NCBI GenBank assembly: GCA_036012755.1
Contig: DASCPX010000091.1
Span: forward strand, 1-64,000
DNA from: Myxococcota bacterium
Lineage (GTDB): Bacteria; Myxococcota_A; UBA796; CAJQPC01
Reading direction: 5' to 3'
Length of the DNA stretch: 64,000 nucleotides
Every line of letters begins with the position of its first letter. Position 1 is the stretch's first letter. This document shows positions 59,948 to 64,000 of the stretch, in pieces. The translations under genes and the position numbers were made by a program. The notes beneath the pieces are model-generated. The model was not told the origin of the DNA. It was given only the letters and a program-made list of their open reading frames with translations, and ran no database searches.

Positions 59948-61090
59948 ATGTTCGAACTCTCCGAAGACACGCAGCAGATCCGTGACCTCGCGCGGGACTA
60001 CGCCCGAGAGGTCCTCGTCCCCACCTCGATGGGGCGCGATCGCACCAAGGAGTTCCCGGCCGAGATCGTCGCCCAGCTCGGCGAGATGGGCTTCATGGGC
60101 ATGTTCGTACCAGAGGAGTACGGCGGCTCCGATCTGTCAGTCCTCGACTACGTCGTCGCGCTGGAGGAGATCTGCTACGGCGATGCCTCGGTCGGTGTCG
60201 TCATGTCGGTCAACAACAGCCTGGCCATCTACCCGATCCTGAAGTTCGGCACAGAGGCCCAGAAGCGGAAGTACCTGCCGCCGTTGGCGTCCGGTGAGAA
60301 GCTCGGGTGCTATGCGCTCACGGAGCCAGAGGCTGGAAGCGACGCCGGGGCGCAGAAGACGCGCGCTGACAAGACCGAGAGCGGGGACTTCGTGCTCAAC
60401 GGCACGAAGATGTGGATCACGAACGGGCCCCAGGCCGACATCTGCGTCGCCTACGCCAACCGCGATCCCGCGATGCGCCACAAGACCGTGTGCGCCTTCA
60501 TCCTCGAGAACACCTGGGAGGGCTACGGGGTGGGCAAGGTCGAGCCGAAGCTCGGCATCGCCTCGAGTCACACCTCCGAGCTCATCTTCGAGGATCTCCA
60601 CGTCCCCGCCGAGAACCTGCTCGGCGCGGAAGGGGATGGCTTCAAGGTGGCGATGGGGACCCTCGACGGTGGCCGGATCGGCATCGCGGCCCAGTCCCTC
60701 GGGATCGCCCAGCGCGCCTTTGATCTGGCCGTCAGCTACAGCCAGGCGCGCTGTCAGTTCGGCAAGCCCATCGCTACCAAGCAGGCCATCCAGTGGATGA
60801 TCGCCGACATGGGCACCCGGATCGAGGCGGCCAGGTTGCTGACCTGGAAGGCCGCGGCGCTCAAGGACGCGGGCTCCCGCGGCAGCCGTGAGTGTTCGAT
60901 GGCGAAGCTTTTTGCCAGCGAGACCGCCAACTTCTGCGCCGATCGGGCCCTTCAGATCCACGGGGGCTACGGCTACTCCAAGGAGTACGAGGTCGAGCGG
61001 CTCTACCGCGACGCCCGCATCACGACGCTGTACGAGGGCACCTCCGAGATCCAGCGCCTCGTCATCGCGAAGAGCTTCCTCACTGGCTGA
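59948..61090 (+). CDS. bcd: acyl-CoA dehydrogenase (butyryl-CoA type)
   Basis: ALTEPEAGSD, NGTKMWITNG, GGRIGIAAQ, QIHGGYGY, YEGTSEIQR. Confidence 0.92.
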   Translation: MFELSEDTQQIRDLARDYAREVLVPTSMGRDRTKEFPAEIVAQLGEMGFMGMFVPEEYGGSDLSVLDYVVALEEICYGDASVGVVMSVNNSLAIYPILKFGTEAQKRKYLPPLASGEKLGCYALTEPEAGSDAGAQKTRADKTESGDFVLNGTKMWITNGPQADICVAYANRDPAMRHKTVCAFILENTWEGYGVGKVEPKLGIASSHTSELIFEDLHVPAENLLGAEGDGFKVAMGTLDGGRIGIAAQSLGIAQRAFDLAVSYSQARCQFGKPIATKQAIQWMIADMGTRIEAARLLTWKAAALKDAGSRGSRECSMAKLFASETANFCADRALQIHGGYGYSKEYEVERLYRDARITTLYEGTSEIQRLVIAKSFLTG

Positions 61091-61140
61091 TTGACCATCT
61101 GCTACGGCGCTTGCTATCTCCTCATACCAAGGAGTGGGCG

Positions 61141-61746
61141 CTGGCACGTCGCTCGAACAAGAGACGCGGGGTTCCCCCTGCGTTGCTGGCCGGAACCAGC
61201 AGTCAGTACCTCGGCGGCCGCGCGCTTCCGAAGGTGCTCCGGCAGCGTGCGCTCGTCCTGGTGCTGGGTCCCCGCGGCTCGGGCAAGTCGGCCGTCGCGC
61301 GCCAGATCCTCCCGAGCGCCACCATCCTTCGCGGCGACAAGCTCGACGCCGAGGCCGCACGCGCCGTGAGACGGCGAAGATGGCCCGAGGAGCTGTGCGA
61401 GGCCAGCGAGCTCATCATCGACGGACCGAGCTTCCTGTCACGACGGGTCGGCGTCCGGCGCCTGCTGGACCAGCTCCTCGACGAGCGGGCCGCCCAGGGC
61501 AAGCGCTCGGCCGTGGTCCAGGGGGCGGACGACAGCGCGCTGCTCTTGGCCGACGCCGTGGAACCCCACCTGCGGGCCACCGTGAACCTCCGTTTCCCGC
61601 AGCGCAATGGTCGGCTCCGCTTCGCTCGGCGCCTTGCCGAGGAGCTCGGCGTTCCGAGAGACGCTGCCGACGCGCTCGTGGTCGAGGAGCCCTGGACCTA
61701 CCTCAAGGTCATCCGGGCGCTACACCGGATGAAGCGTCAGGGGTAG
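61141..61746 (+). CDS. small P-loop protein resembling a DnaA/Hda AAA+ domain
   Basis: GPRGSGKS Walker A, LIIDG Walker B-like, FPQRNGRLRFARRLAEELG; AAGGAG 6 nt before an in-frame CTG at 61141. Confidence 0.6.
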   Translation: MARRSNKRRGVPPALLAGTSSQYLGGRALPKVLRQRALVLVLGPRGSGKSAVARQILPSATILRGDKLDAEAARAVRRRRWPEELCEASELIIDGPSFLSRRVGVRRLLDQLLDERAAQGKRSAVVQGADDSALLLADAVEPHLRATVNLRFPQRNGRLRFARRLAEELGVPRDAADALVVEEPWTYLKVIRALHRMKRQG

Positions 61747-61795
61747 CTGCTCGGGAGCTCCGCCTCGACCACGCGATGCCGCGGAGGACCTGAGG

Positions 61796-62104
61796 TTACG
61801 CGCTGCGCACGATGTCGCCGGTGACGTCCTTGCCGCCGGAGAGGTTCGAGAACAGCACCATGACGCTGTAGATGGGGCCCCAGGGAAAGCCCCACCAGCC
61901 GAAGAGCATCGTGATGATGCTGTAGGGGAGCCCCTTCACGAAGGCGCTCTCCCCAGGGCGGATGAAGAAGACGTCCGAGCTGCGCTTGAAGGACATGATG
62001 ACGACGCTGATGGCGTACTCGAAGTAGACGAACTTCCCGCCCTGCTGGACCAGGGCGTGGATCTCCTGGTCGGAGAGTCCCTCGATGCCCTTGATGTCGG
62101 CCAT
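61796..62104 (-). CDS. conserved hypothetical small membrane protein
   Basis: GAGGAGG RBS; GGKFVYFEYAIS...FGWWGFPWGPI...GGKDVT; strong codon bias. Confidence 0.8.
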   Translation of the reverse strand: MADIKGIEGLSDQEIHALVQQGGKFVYFEYAISVVIMSFKRSSDVFFIRPGESAFVKGLPYSIITMLFGWWGFPWGPIYSVMVLFSNLSGGKDVTGDIVRSA

Positions 62105-62149
62105 GGCTACCTCCTCGGTGCAAAGACGACGTGGCACCGGAGGCCGATC

Positions 62150-62947
62150 CTACAGCGCCAGATCGAGGAAGGCGCGCCAGGCATCCGGGTCATCCAGCAG
62201 GTCGTCGTTGTGCCCGACCCCTTCGACGAGTTGGAAGCTGGCGTCCGGCAGCACCTCGGCCAGCTGGCGGCCGTGGTGGGATCCGATCATCGCGTCCTGG
62301 GAGCCATGCAGCACCAGGACCGGAGAGCGCACGAGAGCGGCGCGCTCGTCAGAGCGCCAGGTGTTCCTCATCACCCAGCGCACGGGCAGGAAGGGGTAGG
62401 CCTCAGCGCCAACTGCGACGGCGCTGAGGAAGGTGCTCTCCAACACCACGGCGCGAGGCCGGACCTCCGAGGCAAGGGCAACCGCGACGCCGCCGCCGAG
62501 GGACTTGCCGAGCACGATGATGTCCTCGCTCGCGTGGCTTCGGGTTGCCAGGCTCCACGCAGCCTTCGCATCGAGGACGAGTCCGTCCTCCGAGGGCGAG
62601 CCCTCGCTGCCCGGGTAGCCGCGGTAGTTCACGTGCAGCACGGACAGGCCGGCCTCGTCGAAGCGGCGGTAGCGATCGAGCCAGGCCCCCACCGTCCCCC
62701 CGTTGCCGGAGAAGCAGAGCACGAGCCGCTCGTGGTCCCCAAGGCGCCAGCCGTAGAGCATGACTCCGTCCTCGGCGGTCACGCGGACCTCCTCCGCCCC
62801 CACCTTCGTGGCGAGCTCGGTCAGGCGCGACACCTCCACCTGCGGGCGAGGGTAGACGAGCGCGGTCTCGAACATCGACATCAGCACGACGAGGGCTCCG
62901 TAGCCGAGGAGCGCCGCGGCGGCGATGCGGGTGAGGCGGCGCCTCAG
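62150..62947 (-). CDS. alpha/beta hydrolase (ABHD13/17, Bem46-like) with N-terminal TM
   Basis: GNGG, YRGYPGSEGSPSEDGL..D, GKSLGG, HGSQD, GHND; start CTG 62947 or GTG 62971. Confidence 0.88.
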   Translation of the reverse strand: MRRRLTRIAAAALLGYGALVVLMSMFETALVYPRPQVEVSRLTELATKVGAEEVRVTAEDGVMLYGWRLGDHERLVLCFSGNGGTVGAWLDRYRRFDEAGLSVLHVNYRGYPGSEGSPSEDGLVLDAKAAWSLATRSHASEDIIVLGKSLGGGVAVALASEVRPRAVVLESTFLSAVAVGAEAYPFLPVRWVMRNTWRSDERAALVRSPVLVLHGSQDAMIGSHHGRQLAEVLPDASFQLVEGVGHNDDLLDDPDAWRAFLDLAL

Positions 62948-63720
62948 TGGTCCGGGTTGGGCTCGGCCCACTCGATGTCAGAGGAAAACGCCGCGCCGAG
63001 GCAGATGTCGTCGACGATCGTGAAGAAGCCCTGAGCCTCGACCTTGGTGTGCTGGTAGAGCCGCAGCCGCACCTCTTGACCCAGCCAGGGCTGGACGTCG
63101 GTGACCTGCCACACGAGCTCCCCCTCGGTCGGTTCGCCGTAGCCGATGTCGGGGAAGCCGGCGATGGGCACGTGTTCGCTCGAGAGCGCGGGCACGTAGC
63201 CTCCGGTGACAGCGAGGTCATCGAGGCTGGCGAGCACGGCTCCCCCAACCAACAGGTCGGCGTAGAAGTCGATGCCCTCTGCGCCGACCTCGGAGAGCTG
63301 GTACCACCAGAGGTGATCGTCCTCGATGACGAAGGGCTCTGTGGTGGCGATGGCGACGCTGTCGACATCTCCGGCGTGCGAGGACCGCATCACGAGCGCT
63401 CGGCTCTCGCGGACGTCGATGAGCTCTTCGCCGACCAGCCCGGAGAAGTCGGTGCCCTCTCGCACGTTCCAGAGCAGGGCGCCGTCCGCCAGCTGGACCT
63501 CCTGGCCGTCGTAGCCGGCACCCTCGAGGGTCCCGTCCTCCCAGTCGAGGCACCAGGAGGTCGTCGGCACGAAGTCCCCAGTGTCGACCGGACCGGTGTC
63601 GCCGGTGTCACCGCTGTCGTCGTCAGAGTCCGCGCTGTCGCCGGAGTCCACCACCACCCCCGAGTCCACCGGCAACACCTGTTGGTCGGTGCGACACGCG
63701 AGGAGCAGGAGGAAGGTCAC
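62944..63720 (-). CDS. hypothetical lipoprotein with D/T/G-rich linker and jelly-roll-like domain
   Basis: MTFLLLLAC; DSGDTGDTG linker; WLGQEVRLRLYQ...FTIVDDIC. Confidence 0.7.
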   Translation of the reverse strand: MTFLLLLACRTDQQVLPVDSGVVVDSGDSADSDDDSGDTGDTGPVDTGDFVPTTSWCLDWEDGTLEGAGYDGQEVQLADGALLWNVREGTDFSGLVGEELIDVRESRALVMRSSHAGDVDSVAIATTEPFVIEDDHLWWYQLSEVGAEGIDFYADLLVGGAVLASLDDLAVTGGYVPALSSEHVPIAGFPDIGYGEPTEGELVWQVTDVQPWLGQEVRLRLYQHTKVEAQGFFTIVDDICLGAAFSSDIEWAEPNPDH

Positions 63721-63729
63721 GAGGGCAGT

Positions 63730-64000
63730 TTAGTCGCCTTCGAGGTACCCCAGGATCTGAAGCGTCTCGATGGCCGCCGGGTCGTGGGCGGCGCCGAGGT
63801 CGCCGCGCGCGTCCTCTGCGAGGCGGTCGCGCACGGAGTCCTGGATGAGCAGGACCGGGCCGGGCTCGATGACGCTGATCGCGGAGTGGTCCCCCTCGAT
63901 GGCGACGGGCTCGGCGGGGGACAGCACCAGCAGCGTGCCCTTGCCATGGGAGCCGGGCTCGAAGGACAGCCGCAGCCCGTCCTCGCTGAGCTTCACCTGC
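63730..64000 (-). CDS. C-terminal fragment, possibly of a sulfatase-like protein (truncated by window edge)
   Basis: Ends AIETLQILGYLEGD; an L..LGY tail is common in sulfatase/phosphodiesterase families. Confidence 0.5.
   Translation of the reverse strand, partial: QVKLSEDGLRLSFEPGSHGKGTLLVLSPAEPVAIEGDHSAISVIEPGPVLLIQDSVRDRLAEDARGDLGAAHDPAAIETLQILGYLEGD

Noticed and set aside
61141..61157. Sigma-54-like CTGGCACGTCGCTCGAA
   Set aside because: Poor -12 element, and it coincides with the likely start codon directly after an SD
63590..63665. Repetitive DNA encoding DSGDTGDTG (also the Pro/Glu-rich stretch at 31540-31620)
   Set aside because: Ordinary low-complexity protein linkers, not nucleotide repeat arrays

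Overview
High-GC, very gene-dense chromosomal window from a Myxococcota-like (delta-proteobacterial) organism. The taxonomy is inferred from the rlmN-mtnP-tgl/pilW-rodZ-mgtE-recO...glyQ-glyS-ppdK gene order, a MYXO-CTERM-like protease tail, a PEGA-domain Ser/Thr kinase and a MopE-type repeat. Housekeeping genes include purH, glk, minCDE, grxC, an rlmI-like methyltransferase, rng, recD2, rlmN, mtnP, mgtE, recO, glyQS, ppdK and an hbd-crt-bcd cluster. They are interleaved with many acidic surface lipoproteins. No rRNA, tRNA, CRISPR array, transposase, integrase or reverse transcriptase was recognised. Most notable observations: (1) a highly structured ~170-nt non-coding element at 44219-44393 with retron-like geometry but no RT, inside a 3-kb block inserted between recO and glyQ; (2) a window-wide pattern of ultra-short, uncharged export signals with the lipobox Cys at residue 6-14; (3) a 19-bp palindromic motif shared upstream of minC and of the mtnP-tgl-rodZ genes; (4) a complete minCDE operon together with a RodZ lacking its HTH domain; (5) a 1-nt frameshift in a beta-helix surface protein; (6) three sigma-54-type promoters within 900 bp; (7) probable CTG start codons. 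All product calls come from motif recognition by eye, not database searches.
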